Shown in pieces: positions 36,216 to 48,189 of a stretch of DNA of 64,000 bases (position 1 is its first letter; every line of letters starts with the position of its first letter). The position numbers and the translations under genes were made by a program. A model generated the notes under the pieces. That model saw nothing but the letters and a program-made list of their open reading frames with translations. It did no database searches and was not told the origin of the DNA. This stretch comes from Patescibacteria group bacterium (GTDB lineage Bacteria > Patescibacteriota > Patescibacteriia > 2-01-FULL-39-33), in contig JBAZMW010000002.1 of assembly GCA_041649575.1 (NCBI GenBank), forward strand, positions 78,159 to 142,158, written 5' to 3'.

Positions 36216-38135
36216 ATGAGAAAAAATAATCCCTTTTTCATTACTGAAGGCATCGATACGGGTCGTAAAAATTTTTCTGACTGGGTGGAAGAAAGTTTTA
36301 ATCCGGGAGCTAGCTTTAGTTCTGACTCAACTCATAGTTTTTTAACGCCCTCCCTGCCGATTAAAAAGATCAGAATCCTTTTTTTTGTAATTATTTTTGG
36401 TTTGGCATTATTGTTGGGCCGAAGTTTTTACTTGCAGGTTTTAAACGGCAGTTATTATTTTTCTTTGGCAGAAAATAATCGTATCAGAATAAAAAACATC
36501 CAGGCTCAACGCGGCATTATTTATGATCGTAACGGCAAAATCTTGGTTAAAAATATTTCTGGTTTTTCTCTGTTAATCACCCAGGCGGATTTGTCCAAGG
36601 ACCAATTTCAAAAAACGGAAGTTCTAAGAAAGACCAGCGAACTGGCAGGCATACCTTTAGCAGAGATTGAAGAAAGGTTAAACAAGGCTGATAAATATTT
36701 TTGGCAGCCAATAGTGGTAAAAACCGGTATTGATTATGAAAAAGCCATGGCTCTAAAAATTGCCAGCATTGACTTGCCGGGCATTAGTCTGGAGGATGAT
36801 AGTTGGCGGCAATATCTTTTTAGTAATAGCTTGTCTCATCTGATGGGTTATGTTGGTAAAATCAGCACCGAGGAATACGAAGACAATAAAAGTGGTTACT
36901 TGTTAAGCGACAATATTGGCAAGACCGGCCTGGAGAAATATTATGAGAATTTACTTCGTGGTAAAAACGGTATCAAGAAGATAGAGGTGGATTCCCTGGG
37001 TCGGGAAAAAAAGATTATTGCCCAGGAAGAACCGGTTAATGGCAGTAATTTGGTTCTGACTATTGATGCCGATTTGGAAGAAAAAATTTATCAGACGTTT
37101 AAGGAAGCTTTGGGCAAAAAGTATAACGCGGTGGCAGTTGTTTCCAACCCGCAAACCGGCGAAATCTTGGCCTTAGTCGATTATCCCAGTTATGACAACA
37201 ATCTGTTTGCCACCGGGATTAGTCAACAAGATTATAATAATTTACTCAATGACGAGAAAAAGCCGCTGTTTTTTAGAGCCATCTCGGGCGAATATCCATC
37301 CGGTTCAACCATTAAGCCGGTCATCGCTTTGGCCGCTTTGCAGGAAAAAGTTGTTGATAAAAACACCAGTTTTAATAGTGTTGGCGGCATTTGGGTCGGT
37401 AGTAAATGGTTTTTTCCCGACTGGAATCCCGGTGGCCACGGCATAACCAATGTAATTAAGGCGCTTGCTTTATCGGTTAATACCTATTTTTATTATGTTG
37501 GGGGTGGTTATGGTAATTTTAACGGTTTGGGGGTTGATTTGATTGACAAGTATCTCAATCTCTTTAATCTTGGTCAAAAAACAGGCATTGATTTACCGGC
37601 CGAAAAATCAGGTTTAGTGCCTACGCCTGCTTGGAAGGAAGAGAATAAAAAAGAACAATGGTATATCGGCGATACTTATCATTTGGCCATTGGTCAAGGA
37701 GATTTACTGGTGACGCCGCTGCAGGTTAATAGCTGGACCGCCACCATTAGCGCCGGTGGCGCCATTTACCGGCCGCATCTGGTCAAAGAAATTGTAAATC
37801 CCGATGGTCGCAAAGAATTGATCGCGCCGATAGTAGTGAAAAGCGGGATTGCCGATCGAAAAAATATTGATATTGTTAGGGAGGGAATGAGACAGGCAGT
37901 GTTGGCTGGTTCGGCCCGAGGAATCTCGGGATTACCGGTTACTGCTGGCGGTAAAACCGGTACCGCTCAATGGAATGAAAAAAAGAATAATCATGCTTGG
38001 TTTACCGCCTTCGCTCCCTTTGATCAGCCATCTTTTTGCATCACCATCTTAGTCGAAGAAGGGGGGGAAGGATCCAGCATCGCCGTCCCGATTGCTCGGG
38101 AGGTAATGAATTATTGGTTTACCAGGCAGAATTAG
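36216..38135 (+). CDS. mrdA: Penicillin-binding protein 2 (peptidoglycan D,D-transpeptidase)
   Basis: SGSTIKP (SxxK), SVN, and KTGTAQ motifs. Confidence 0.85.
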   Translation: MRKNNPFFITEGIDTGRKNFSDWVEESFNPGASFSSDSTHSFLTPSLPIKKIRILFFVIIFGLALLLGRSFYLQVLNGSYYFSLAENNRIRIKNIQAQRGIIYDRNGKILVKNISGFSLLITQADLSKDQFQKTEVLRKTSELAGIPLAEIEERLNKADKYFWQPIVVKTGIDYEKAMALKIASIDLPGISLEDDSWRQYLFSNSLSHLMGYVGKISTEEYEDNKSGYLLSDNIGKTGLEKYYENLLRGKNGIKKIEVDSLGREKKIIAQEEPVNGSNLVLTIDADLEEKIYQTFKEALGKKYNAVAVVSNPQTGEILALVDYPSYDNNLFATGISQQDYNNLLNDEKKPLFFRAISGEYPSGSTIKPVIALAALQEKVVDKNTSFNSVGGIWVGSKWFFPDWNPGGHGITNVIKALALSVNTYFYYVGGGYGNFNGLGVDLIDKYLNLFNLGQKTGIDLPAEKSGLVPTPAWKEENKKEQWYIGDTYHLAIGQGDLLVTPLQVNSWTATISAGGAIYRPHLVKEIVNPDGRKELIAPIVVKSGIADRKNIDIVREGMRQAVLAGSARGISGLPVTAGGKTGTAQWNEKKNNHAWFTAFAPFDQPSFCITILVEEGGEGSSIAVPIAREVMNYWFTRQN

Positions 38136-38274
38136 CAAAAACTCAAATAATGTGGATAAAGGTCTTGACACCTTTTTAAAAAAGTACTATTCTCCTATCT
38201 ATATTAATTAGTCGAATTAAGTTGAATTTCTACACCCTTTCTCGGTGGTTTTTATTTAAACTAAAAGTATCAAG

Positions 38275-38736
38275 ATGGCAGAAAATTATATCTCAGCGGC
38301 GGGCCTGGAAAAGGTCAAGGAGGAATTAGAAAAATTAAAAAATATCGATCGTCCCGAGGTCATAGAGCGTATTGCCAGATCCAGGGAGCTGGGCGATTTA
38401 TCAGAGAATGCCGAATATCATGAAGCTCGGGAGAAGCAGAGTTTTATTGAAGGCAGAATTCAGGAATTAGAGGCCTTGATTAAAAACGCGGTCATTATTA
38501 AGAATGATAAAAAGCCAAGTTTGGTTGGATTGGGATCGACTGTTTTGGCCACTTGTGATAACGGCGCTAAGATAAAATATATGATCGTGGGCCACCAAGA
38601 GGCCGACCCCTCTAGTGGCCGGATTTCTCATGAGTCGCCACTGGGGCGCGCTTTTATCGGCAGGAAAATAGGAGATGAATTTGAGCTTCAAGTCCCGGCC
38701 GGCAAACTCAAGTGTAAAATTAACAAGATTGAATAA
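38275..38736 (+). CDS. greA: Transcription elongation factor GreA
   Basis: 153 aa; GDLSENAEYHEAREKQSFIEGRI motif. Confidence 0.9.
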   Translation: MAENYISAAGLEKVKEELEKLKNIDRPEVIERIARSRELGDLSENAEYHEAREKQSFIEGRIQELEALIKNAVIIKNDKKPSLVGLGSTVLATCDNGAKIKYMIVGHQEADPSSGRISHESPLGRAFIGRKIGDEFELQVPAGKLKCKINKIE

Positions 38737-38740
38737 CTTT

Positions 38741-38768
38741 AAAATGACCGCCAGCTGGCGGTCATTTT
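38741..38768. terminator. Bidirectional terminator between convergent greA and gyrB
   Basis: Perfect palindrome aaaatgaccgcc-agct-ggcggtcatttt with A/T runs on both sides. Confidence 0.75.
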
Positions 38769-38792
38769 AAAATCTTCACTATTTTTGCTTGT

Positions 38793-40865
<2,073 letters not shown>

Positions 40866-41009
40866 TTAATGGAGATGAATTTTACTAAATTATTTTATCA
40901 TATTTTAAACTTTTTGACAATAAAAATCTGGGTCTATTTTTGGCCATTTTTCTTTTTTAATTTGGTATTCTTATATACACAGATGAATTTTTTGTGTTAT
41001 AATTTAATC

Positions 41010-41843
41010 ATGATTAAATCGGCAGACAACTTGACTGATCGCCAGCTGAAATTAAGTTATTGGTATATCACCAACAAGCTGCTTTTAAGAAAATGGCTTA
41101 AAATTTTTCTGATTGTTTTATCGGTCATTTTCTGGCTTTTTGTCCTGTGGCAGTTGATTTTTTTGGCCATCAATTATAGCCAGGAAGATTATCAAACCAG
41201 GCGGTTGATTTTTGGTGGTAATCCCAATTTATTGCCACTGGACAGCTTAAAGCCGGCTCCACTTCAGACGTCAGTCGTTCAAGCGCTAGGCAATGAGAGT
41301 AATGGCTATGACTTTTTTGTTCAGGTGGCCAACAACAACAAGGACTGGCTGTCAACTTTCGACTACCAATTTGTCGCTCCGGATGGTGGTGGCCAGCTCA
41401 AATCGGGCTTTGTTTTACCGGGAGAAACCAAGTACTTAATGGCTTTGGGCGTCAAAAGTTCGGCGGTTCAGTTTCAGCTAGCTAACCAAAAATGGAGACG
41501 GGTCAGCGATATCAGCGGTCTCTATGGTGATCGTTATAATTTTTTAATTGAGAACGATAAATTTGTCGCCGGTCAAGCGGTTGGTGATCCCGGCAAACTG
41601 ACCTTTGAGCTAACCAATAAATCAGCCTTTAGTTATTGGGAGGTGGGCATAACTGCTGTTTTATCCAACGGCGGCAATATCGTTTCGGTCAATTATCTCA
41701 CTTTAAATCAGGTTAAATCCGGAGAGAAGAGGTTGGTTGAGCTTTTATGGAACAATCCCTTGCCTCGAGTCGACAGCTTTGAAATTGTTCCCGAAGTGAA
41801 TATCTTTGACGACAACAATATTATGCCGGTTGACAGTCTTTAA
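41010..41843 (+). CDS. Hypothetical membrane-anchored/secreted protein (start placed at MIKSADNL; the ORF-track 5' extension is probably not translated)
   Basis: TGTTATAAT extended -10 at 40994-41002 lies 7 nt upstream of this ATG. Signal-anchor helix follows. Confidence 0.4.
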   Translation: MIKSADNLTDRQLKLSYWYITNKLLLRKWLKIFLIVLSVIFWLFVLWQLIFLAINYSQEDYQTRRLIFGGNPNLLPLDSLKPAPLQTSVVQALGNESNGYDFFVQVANNNKDWLSTFDYQFVAPDGGGQLKSGFVLPGETKYLMALGVKSSAVQFQLANQKWRRVSDISGLYGDRYNFLIENDKFVAGQAVGDPGKLTFELTNKSAFSYWEVGITAVLSNGGNIVSVNYLTLNQVKSGEKRLVELLWNNPLPRVDSFEIVPEVNIFDDNNIMPVDSL

Positions 41844-41907
41844 AAAAGCCGGTTTTTTATCTTTGACTCAACAAGAAGGTTTTATTTACCTTTATTTTTT
41901 TGCCCTC

Positions 41908-41936
41908 TTGACAAGCTTTTTTGTTTGCCTTATTAT
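41908..41936 (+). promoter_or_regulatory. Sigma70-type promoter of the hrcA heat-shock operon (TTGACA-17-TATTAT)
   Basis: TTGACA 41908-41913, 17-nt spacer, TATTAT 41931-41936, immediately upstream of CIRCE. Confidence 0.6.
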
Positions 41937-41941
41937 TAAAA

Positions 41942-41968
41942 TTAGCACTCTAATATTGAGAGTGCTAA
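41942..41968 (+). promoter_or_regulatory. CIRCE operator (HrcA binding site), perfect consensus TTAGCACTC-N9-GAGTGCTAA
   Basis: ttagcactc taatattga gagtgctaa, 12 nt upstream of the hrcA ATG. Confidence 0.9.
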
Positions 41969-41980
41969 TTAAACCAAACC

Positions 41981-42679
41981 ATGGCCGACAGAAAAGACAA
42001 TCTATTTAAAATTATTGTCGAAGAGTATTTAAATTCGGCCAATCCCGTTGGCTCTTCTTTGGTGGTAGAAAAATATTTTCCGGATTTAAGCTCCGCCACC
42101 ATCAGAAACGAAATGGCCGAATTGGAAGAAGCCGACTTAATTTATCAGCCACACACTTCGGCTGGCCGCATTCCCACCATCAAGGGTTATCAATATTATT
42201 TGGACAAGTTTGTCGGCGCTGGAGAGCTAAACGCCAAACAGCGAAAGAATTTAGATAAGCTTAGGTCTGAGCTCAAGGCCGATCAAGAGAGTATAAAAGT
42301 TTTGGCTAAGAATTTAGCCGAGTTGTCCCGGGAAGCTGTCTTGATTGGTTTTGGTCCGCAGGATGTTTATTACACCGGTATCGCCAATCTCTTCCGTCAG
42401 CCGGAATTTTATCAACAGGCCCTGGTCTATTCCATGTCGGAAATAATCGACCATCTCGATGAAGTGATGTTTAAAATTTTTACCAAGATAGATGCCCGAG
42501 CCAAAATTTTACTGGGAGCCGACAATCCTTTTGGTGAAGCGTCGGCCGTCATTTTAGGGCAATACCGCCTGAAAGGACAGCCGGGACTGGTTGGCATTTT
42601 GGGGCCGAGTCGCATGAATTATGCTAATAATTTAGGACTAATAGACTATACCCAACAAATTATTGGATCCTTAAAATAA
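41981..42679 (+). CDS. hrcA: Heat-inducible transcription repressor HrcA (compact 232-aa form)
   Basis: N-terminal winged helix (PVGS...SSATIRNEMAELEEADLIYQPHTSAGRIPT) and C-terminal GPSRMNY motif. Shorter than the typical ~340 aa. Confidence 0.8.
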   Translation: MADRKDNLFKIIVEEYLNSANPVGSSLVVEKYFPDLSSATIRNEMAELEEADLIYQPHTSAGRIPTIKGYQYYLDKFVGAGELNAKQRKNLDKLRSELKADQESIKVLAKNLAELSREAVLIGFGPQDVYYTGIANLFRQPEFYQQALVYSMSEIIDHLDEVMFKIFTKIDARAKILLGADNPFGEASAVILGQYRLKGQPGLVGILGPSRMNYANNLGLIDYTQQIIGSLK

Positions 42680-42685
42680 TTAATT

Positions 42686-43186
42686 ATGAGTGAAAACCAA
42701 AAAATAGCCGAACTTCAAGAGGAAGTGGCCAAGCTAAAAGAAGCCTTAACCCTGGCCGAAGGGCAATCGCAGGAACATTTGGCTGGTTGGCAAAGAGCTC
42801 GGGCCGATTATTCAAATTTTAAAAGAGAACAGGAAAAGCGTCAGCAAGAAGTGGTTGAGTTTGCCAACGCCGTTACCTTGGCTGAGATTTTGCCGGTTTA
42901 TAGCCATTTTAAGTTGGCCTTAAAACACATTCCTCAGGAACAAAAAAAAGAAGCCTGGGTAGAAGGTATAATCCAAATTGGCAAACAATTTATTGATTTT
43001 TTGAAAAAATTCAAAATAGAAGAGATTAAAACCATAGGGGAAAAGTTTAATCATGAATTTCATGAAGCTGTAGTTCACGAAGAAAAAAATGGCTTTGAGT
43101 CGGACGTGATTTTTGAAGAGGTGAGTCCGGGCTATTTGTTGGCCGGCAAAGTCTTGCAGCCGGCTAAAGTCAAAGTAGCAAAATAA
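42686..43186 (+). CDS. grpE: Nucleotide exchange factor GrpE
   Basis: RARADYSNFKREQEK, HEAVVHEE, VLQPAKVKV. Confidence 0.85.
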   Translation: MSENQKIAELQEEVAKLKEALTLAEGQSQEHLAGWQRARADYSNFKREQEKRQQEVVEFANAVTLAEILPVYSHFKLALKHIPQEQKKEAWVEGIIQIGKQFIDFLKKFKIEEIKTIGEKFNHEFHEAVVHEEKNGFESDVIFEEVSPGYLLAGKVLQPAKVKVAK

Positions 43187-43322
43187 TTTTAAAATTTTAG
43201 AATTCTAAAATTACTGCCGTGCTGGTCTGCCGGCAGCAGGAAGATTTTATAAATATTAATTCGCTTATTCGCTTTGTCTGTAAATTTTTATAGGCAAGCA
43301 TAGGCGGCAAGGAGACAAAGAT

Positions 43323-43745
43323 ATGGCCTTAATAAAATGGACACCATTTCCTTTTGCCGAACCATACGACGAAATGGACAAGTTTTTTGAATCTTGGCCG
43401 GCTTTAGCCAATAACTTCACCCCGGCTATTGATGTCTATCAGGATAAGGAGGCGGTGATCGTCGAAGCGCCCTTGGCTGGCATCGATCCGGAAAAAATAG
43501 ACATTGCTATCGAAAACGATGTTTTGACCATCAAAGGCGAAAATGAGAAAAAATCAGAGGTGGATGAAAAAAATTATTATCGCAAAGAGGTGCGTCATGG
43601 CAGTTTTTATCGAGCGGTGCAATTGCCAACCCGTGTTGCTGGCGATGCGGCTCAAGCCACTTATAATAAGGGCATCCTAACTATCCGGATTCCCAAAAGC
43701 CCGGAAGCCAAGCCCAAGAGCATCAAAGTTCAAATTAAAGATTAA
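43323..43745 (+). CDS. Hsp20/alpha-crystallin family small heat-shock protein
   Basis: Alpha-crystallin domain (AIDVYQDKEAVIVEAPLAG...GILTIRIPK). Confidence 0.85.
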   Translation: MALIKWTPFPFAEPYDEMDKFFESWPALANNFTPAIDVYQDKEAVIVEAPLAGIDPEKIDIAIENDVLTIKGENEKKSEVDEKNYYRKEVRHGSFYRAVQLPTRVAGDAAQATYNKGILTIRIPKSPEAKPKSIKVQIKD

Positions 43746-43819
43746 TATTTTCTTTTTGAGGCGAGAAAGGCCTTTCTCGCTTCTGATGGATAAGTATTAA
43801 ATTAAAAATAACCAAAAAT

Positions 43820-45730
43820 ATGCCAAAAATTTTAGGAATCGATCTGGGAACTACCAATTCCTGTATGGCCATCATCGAGGGTGGCCAGCCGAAAGTTTTA
43901 GAAAATAAAGAGGGAGCCCGCACCACGCCCTCCATTGTCGCTCTGGCCAAGAACGGCGAACGTTTGGTTGGTGTTGGCGCCAAGCGCCAAGCCGTCACCA
44001 ATCCGACTAACACCTTATTTTCCATCAAGCGTTTGATCGGGCGTAAATGGGATGACCCGGAAGTGCAAAGAGATTTGAAATTAATGTCTTATGAAATCAA
44101 GCAAGCTGGCGGGGGAGTCAAGATTGTCATGAATGGCAAAGAATACAGCCCGCAAGAAATTTCCGCCATGGTTTTGCAAAAATTGAAAGAAGATGCCGAG
44201 GCCAAGCTTGGCGAAAAGATAACCGAGGCGGTTATTACCGTGCCTGCCTATTTTGACGACAGCCAGCGCCAAGCCACCAAAGACGCCGGAGAAATCGCCG
44301 GGCTGACGGTCAAAAGGATTATTAACGAGCCGACCGCTGCGGCCTTGGCTTATGGTTTTGAAAAGAAAAAAGGCCAGCAAATCGCGGTTTATGACTTGGG
44401 TGGCGGCACTTTCGACATTTCTATTTTGGATGTGGCGTCAGATACGGTGGAAGTCAAATCTACCAACGGGGATACGCATTTGGGCGGTGACGATTTTGAT
44501 CAAAAAATCATGAATTATATTTTGGACGAATTCAAAAAGCAGGAAGGCCTTGATTTGTCCAAAGACGTCACAGCCTTGCAGCGTGTCAAGGAATCGGCCG
44601 AGAAAGCCAAGATAGAATTATCCACTCAAATGGAGACCGAGATTAATCAGCCTTTTATTACTCAAGGAGCCGATGGCAGTCCCAAACACTTGACCATGAG
44701 GCTGACCCGGGCACAACTGGAGGGTTTGGTTGTGGATTTGGTAGACCAAACCTTTGAGCCGGTTAAAAAGGCTTTAAGCGATGCCGGCATGAAGACTTCC
44801 GACGTCGAAGAGGTGGTTTTGGTTGGTGGCATGACGCGTATGCCTCTGGTACAGAAGAAAGTGGAGGAGTTTTTTGGCAAAAAACCAAATATTAGCGTTA
44901 ATCCCGATGAAGTAGTGGCCATGGGAGCAGCGGTTCAAGCCGGCGTGCTGCAGGGCGATGTCAAAGACGTCTTGCTGCTGGATGTCACTCCTTTGACTTT
45001 GGGTATCGAGACGTTAGGCAGCGTCATGACCCCGCTCATCGAAAGAAACACTACCATCCCTACTTCTAAGAGCCAGGTGTTTTCCACGGCCGCCGATAAT
45101 CAGCCGAGCGTGGAAATCCATGTGCTTCAAGGCGAACGGCCGATGGCCCATGACAATAAGACGCTGGGCCGATTCATCCTAGACGGTATACCGCCGGCTC
45201 CTCGCGGCGTGCCGCAAGTAGAAGTCAGTTTTGATATCGATGCCAATGGCATTTTAAATGTTAAAGCCAAAGACAAAGCCACTGCTCGCGAACAGCATAT
45301 TACCATCACCGCTTCCTCCGGTCTGTCCAAAGACGAGATTGAGCGCATGAAACGTGAGGCGGAAATGCACGCCGATGAAGACAAAAAGAAAAGAGAAGTC
45401 ATTGATCTGAAAAATCAAGCCGAGAGTTTGATTTTCACCACCGAAAAAACTCTAAAAGATGCCGGGGATAAAGTTGATGCCGCTACCAGAAAAGATATTA
45501 TGGATAAAGTCGAGGATCTAAAGAAAGTCAAAGAAGGTGAGGACAAGGATTTGATTAAGCGCAATTACGACGCTTTAAGCGAAGCGATTCAGAAGGTTGG
45601 CGCGGCCATGTACCAATCGGCCGGGGCCAGTCAGGCTGGAGGCGGCGCAGCGCCCCAAGAAGAAACCGCAACCGAAGGGGGGCAACAGCAGGGCCCAATT
45701 GAAGGTCAATACGAAGAAGTGAAAAAATAA
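43820..45730 (+). CDS. dnaK: Molecular chaperone DnaK (Hsp70)
   Basis: [18 protein letters not shown], and the C-terminal lid. Confidence 0.95.
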   Translation: MPKILGIDLGTTNSCMAIIEGGQPKVLENKEGARTTPSIVALAKNGERLVGVGAKRQAVTNPTNTLFSIKRLIGRKWDDPEVQRDLKLMSYEIKQAGGGVKIVMNGKEYSPQEISAMVLQKLKEDAEAKLGEKITEAVITVPAYFDDSQRQATKDAGEIAGLTVKRIINEPTAAALAYGFEKKKGQQIAVYDLGGGTFDISILDVASDTVEVKSTNGDTHLGGDDFDQKIMNYILDEFKKQEGLDLSKDVTALQRVKESAEKAKIELSTQMETEINQPFITQGADGSPKHLTMRLTRAQLEGLVVDLVDQTFEPVKKALSDAGMKTSDVEEVVLVGGMTRMPLVQKKVEEFFGKKPNISVNPDEVVAMGAAVQAGVLQGDVKDVLLLDVTPLTLGIETLGSVMTPLIERNTTIPTSKSQVFSTAADNQPSVEIHVLQGERPMAHDNKTLGRFILDGIPPAPRGVPQVEVSFDIDANGILNVKAKDKATAREQHITITASSGLSKDEIERMKREAEMHADEDKKKREVIDLKNQAESLIFTTEKTLKDAGDKVDAATRKDIMDKVEDLKKVKEGEDKDLIKRNYDALSEAIQKVGAAMYQSAGASQAGGGAAPQEETATEGGQQQGPIEGQYEEVKK

Positions 45731-45746
45731 TTTTATTATTGTTATG

Positions 45747-45774
45747 TTAAGGGCAGGCCATGGCCTGCCCTTAA
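45747..45774. terminator. Perfect palindromic hairpin after dnaK
   Basis: ttaagggcaggcc-atgg-cctgcccttaa. Confidence 0.7.
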
Positions 45775-45777
45775 CAT

Positions 45778-46140
45778 AAAAGAAAAACGCCTCACCTATG
45801 ACAGCGTGAGGACGTGTACTTGCAAGGACAACGGCATGGTCATTCCCCGTCAGGCAGACTTTGTCTGGCCGAGATGCCCATACCCACGCCCAGCCGATGC
45901 GTTTCATTGCGAATCTGACCCGGGCTAGTGGCTTCACCGGTAAATCCGAGATAAAACCCACCCCACCAGAGGGCAGCGGCGTTATTCCTGGTCATTTCAT
46001 CTGGGAGCAGACTGGGGCACCCGGGTGCGTGGTGGAAGTCTTGGTCGAGGTTGCAGAATCGGCATGATGGTGACTGTGACATAACTGAACCTCCCTAGTC
46101 ATGTAGTTTCGCCAAGCAGAAACTGAAAGGACAATCGCTA
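45778..46140 (-). ncRNA. G+C-rich transcription unit on the minus strand (~360 nt) with consensus promoter and intrinsic terminator: structured RNA or horizontally acquired small protein gene (80-aa ORF with GGGAGG RBS)
   Basis: Minus-strand TTGACA-17-TATAAT (plus coordinates 46171-46176 and 46148-46153). Terminator hairpin cctcac/gtgagg plus a T-run at 45778-45811. Internal 80-aa ORF 45840-46082 with GGGAGG 8 nt before its ATG. Confidence 0.35.
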
Positions 46141-46147
46141 ACTTTTT

Positions 46148-46176
46148 ATTATAGATTATAAATTTATTTTTGTCAA
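46148..46176 (-). promoter_or_regulatory. Perfect consensus sigma70 promoter (TTGACA-N17-TATAAT) driving the minus-strand island transcript
   Basis: Reverse complement reads tttgacaaaaataaatttataatctataat. The -35 overlaps the ATG of the divergent + gene at 46170. Confidence 0.6.
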
Positions 46177-47096
46177 ACATGAAAGTGGGCATACCCCGAG
46201 CCGGGCTGTATCATCTTTTTCACCCTTTTTGGTCGGAGTTTTTTTCGTCCTTGGGTTTTGAGGTGGTAATCTCGGCAGCTACCGACAAAGAAATATTAAG
46301 CCAAGGCCTAAAAATTGCTAACAGCGAGATGTGTTTGCCCATGAAGATAATGTATGGCCACATTTTGTCGCTTAAAGACCGATGTGATTTTTTGTTTCTG
46401 CCGCAACTGGGAGCAGCCAAATGGGGCCAGGCCAAGCCTGGCACCAGCACCTTTTTTTGCCCTTATTTTGTCGGTCTGGCCGATTTGATGGCGGCCGAGT
46501 TTCCTCAAATGAAGTTTTTTCGTCCCCAGATTTCTTTTTGGGACAATCTTTTTCAGGCCGCCGATTGGCTGGAATTCGCCCGAGAAATCGGTTTTGCTCC
46601 GGCCGCGGCCAAGAACGCCTTTTCTCGAGCCGAAAAAGCCTACGAGGTTTTCCGGCAACAGCAAATAAAAGAAGCGCCTTTACCTCGAGACAAAAAAATC
46701 GCGCTGGTGGGCCGGCCTTATCTTATTTATGATCACCAGGCCAATCTGGATATTATCAAAAAAATTAATCAGCGGGGCTATCAGGTGGCGACGGTAGAGA
46801 TGATCCCGGATTCCGACTTAAAAACAGCTTGGCTCAAGTTGCCTCCCGATTTTGTTTCCCATTGGTATCTGACCAATAAAACCTATGGGGCCATAAATCA
46901 TTTTTCCCAAAGGCCGGATATCTCTGGTATAATTTTTTTGGTGCCCTTCAATTGCGGCCCTGATTTTTTGGTGGAGTATCTGGTTATCCAGAAAGCCAGA
47001 GCGCATAAACCCATTACCACCATCTCCATCGATGAGTCCACGGGTGAGGCCGGTTTGCTTACCCGTCTAGACGCTTTTATCGATATCCTAAAATAA
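46170..47096 (+). CDS. Acyl-CoA dehydratase activase-associated protein (DUF2229-like)
   Basis: N-terminal KVGIPRAGLYHLFHPFWSEFFSSLGFEVV matches the IGIPRAL..Y..FW..FF..LG signature of this family. Confidence 0.5.
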   Translation: MSNMKVGIPRAGLYHLFHPFWSEFFSSLGFEVVISAATDKEILSQGLKIANSEMCLPMKIMYGHILSLKDRCDFLFLPQLGAAKWGQAKPGTSTFFCPYFVGLADLMAAEFPQMKFFRPQISFWDNLFQAADWLEFAREIGFAPAAAKNAFSRAEKAYEVFRQQQIKEAPLPRDKKIALVGRPYLIYDHQANLDIIKKINQRGYQVATVEMIPDSDLKTAWLKLPPDFVSHWYLTNKTYGAINHFSQRPDISGIIFLVPFNCGPDFLVEYLVIQKARAHKPITTISIDESTGEAGLLTRLDAFIDILK

Positions 47097-47100
47097 ATCC

Positions 47101-48189
47101 ATGAAGTACGCTTCTTTGCCAGGACTAAATTCATATCTAGCCATGAAGACCATGATTCGTTATTTTGGTCATGATTTTGTCGAGATGCCAGATATCAACG
47201 AAGAAATGCTCAGCTGGGGATCGGCCCAATCGCCGGAATACGCTTGTCTGCCTTTCAAAATTTATTTAGGTTTTTTTAGGAAACTGACAGAGCAAAAAAT
47301 AGACCGAGTTTTTATTTATGGTTCTCGGGACAGGCGCGCTTGCCGGTATCTGGATTTATGCAACGGCATTGCGCAGATATTGCGCGACCATGGTCTGACC
47401 AAGATGGATGTTCATTTTTGGGGCGGCTATGGTCTGTGGCAGGGACTGGTGGATTTTAAAAAAGCAATGGGCAATCCTTCCTGGCTGAAAGTGATTAACG
47501 GCATTATCATTCATGGCTCGACTTTAACCGCTGTCGATGAATTGAACGATTTGGCCAACTGGGCGCGGCCGCGGGAAACAGTAAAAGGTTCAGTAGATGT
47601 TTGGCTAAAAAAATGGTGGCAAATCATGGGTGAGTCTTTGAGTCGTCGCAAAATAAAAGAAGCTCTAATCTTGGCTAAATCAGAATTCGCCCTGATAAAA
47701 TTAGATGATTCTCGGCCGATTATCAAGGTGGCTTTAATTGGCGATTTATTTAAAATTCATGAACCCTTTTTTCACTTTGATACTATTAGAAAACTAAACA
47801 AAATGGGCGTTGAGGTAAAGCAATCCCAAGCTTTTTCTTTGCTCTTTTTTGGTACTACCAATTTGCCCTCGCGGGCTCATTACCGCGAGCTATATGCCGC
47901 TTATCGACAAAAAGCTCAAAAATACCTAAAATCAGTGCCAGCCTCTTGCATTGATATCAGTGTTGGCGAGACCATTGATCAGCTGGAGCAAGGCGCCAAA
48001 GGCATTGTTCATTTTCAGTCTTTTGGTTGTATGCCCGATATCATGTTAAAGCCGATTTTGGATCGGGTGGCCAAGGATTTTAAAGTGCCGATCATTCATT
48101 ATTTACGCGACGTTCATTCTTCTGACGGAGCTTACCAAACCCGACTGGAAGCTTTTGTCGATTTAATAAAAAGAAAGGGAAAAATATGA
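47101..48189 (+). CDS. 2-hydroxyacyl-CoA dehydratase D-component-like protein (HgdB/BcrB-like)
   Basis: Context between the DUF2229 and activase genes; Cys-containing segments (ACLPFKIYLGFF; FQSFGCMPD) resembling HgdB-type subunits. Confidence 0.45.
   Translation: MKYASLPGLNSYLAMKTMIRYFGHDFVEMPDINEEMLSWGSAQSPEYACLPFKIYLGFFRKLTEQKIDRVFIYGSRDRRACRYLDLCNGIAQILRDHGLTKMDVHFWGGYGLWQGLVDFKKAMGNPSWLKVINGIIIHGSTLTAVDELNDLANWARPRETVKGSVDVWLKKWWQIMGESLSRRKIKEALILAKSEFALIKLDDSRPIIKVALIGDLFKIHEPFFHFDTIRKLNKMGVEVKQSQAFSLLFFGTTNLPSRAHYRELYAAYRQKAQKYLKSVPASCIDISVGETIDQLEQGAKGIVHFQSFGCMPDIMLKPILDRVAKDFKVPIIHYLRDVHSSDGAYQTRLEAFVDLIKRKGKI

Noticed and set aside
43214-43240. Palindromic segment ctgccg...cggcag between grpE and the hsp20 gene, considered as a second HrcA or sigma-factor operator
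   Set aside because: It does not resemble CIRCE or any operator I can name. It is most simply a weak terminator or stem between grpE and hsp20.
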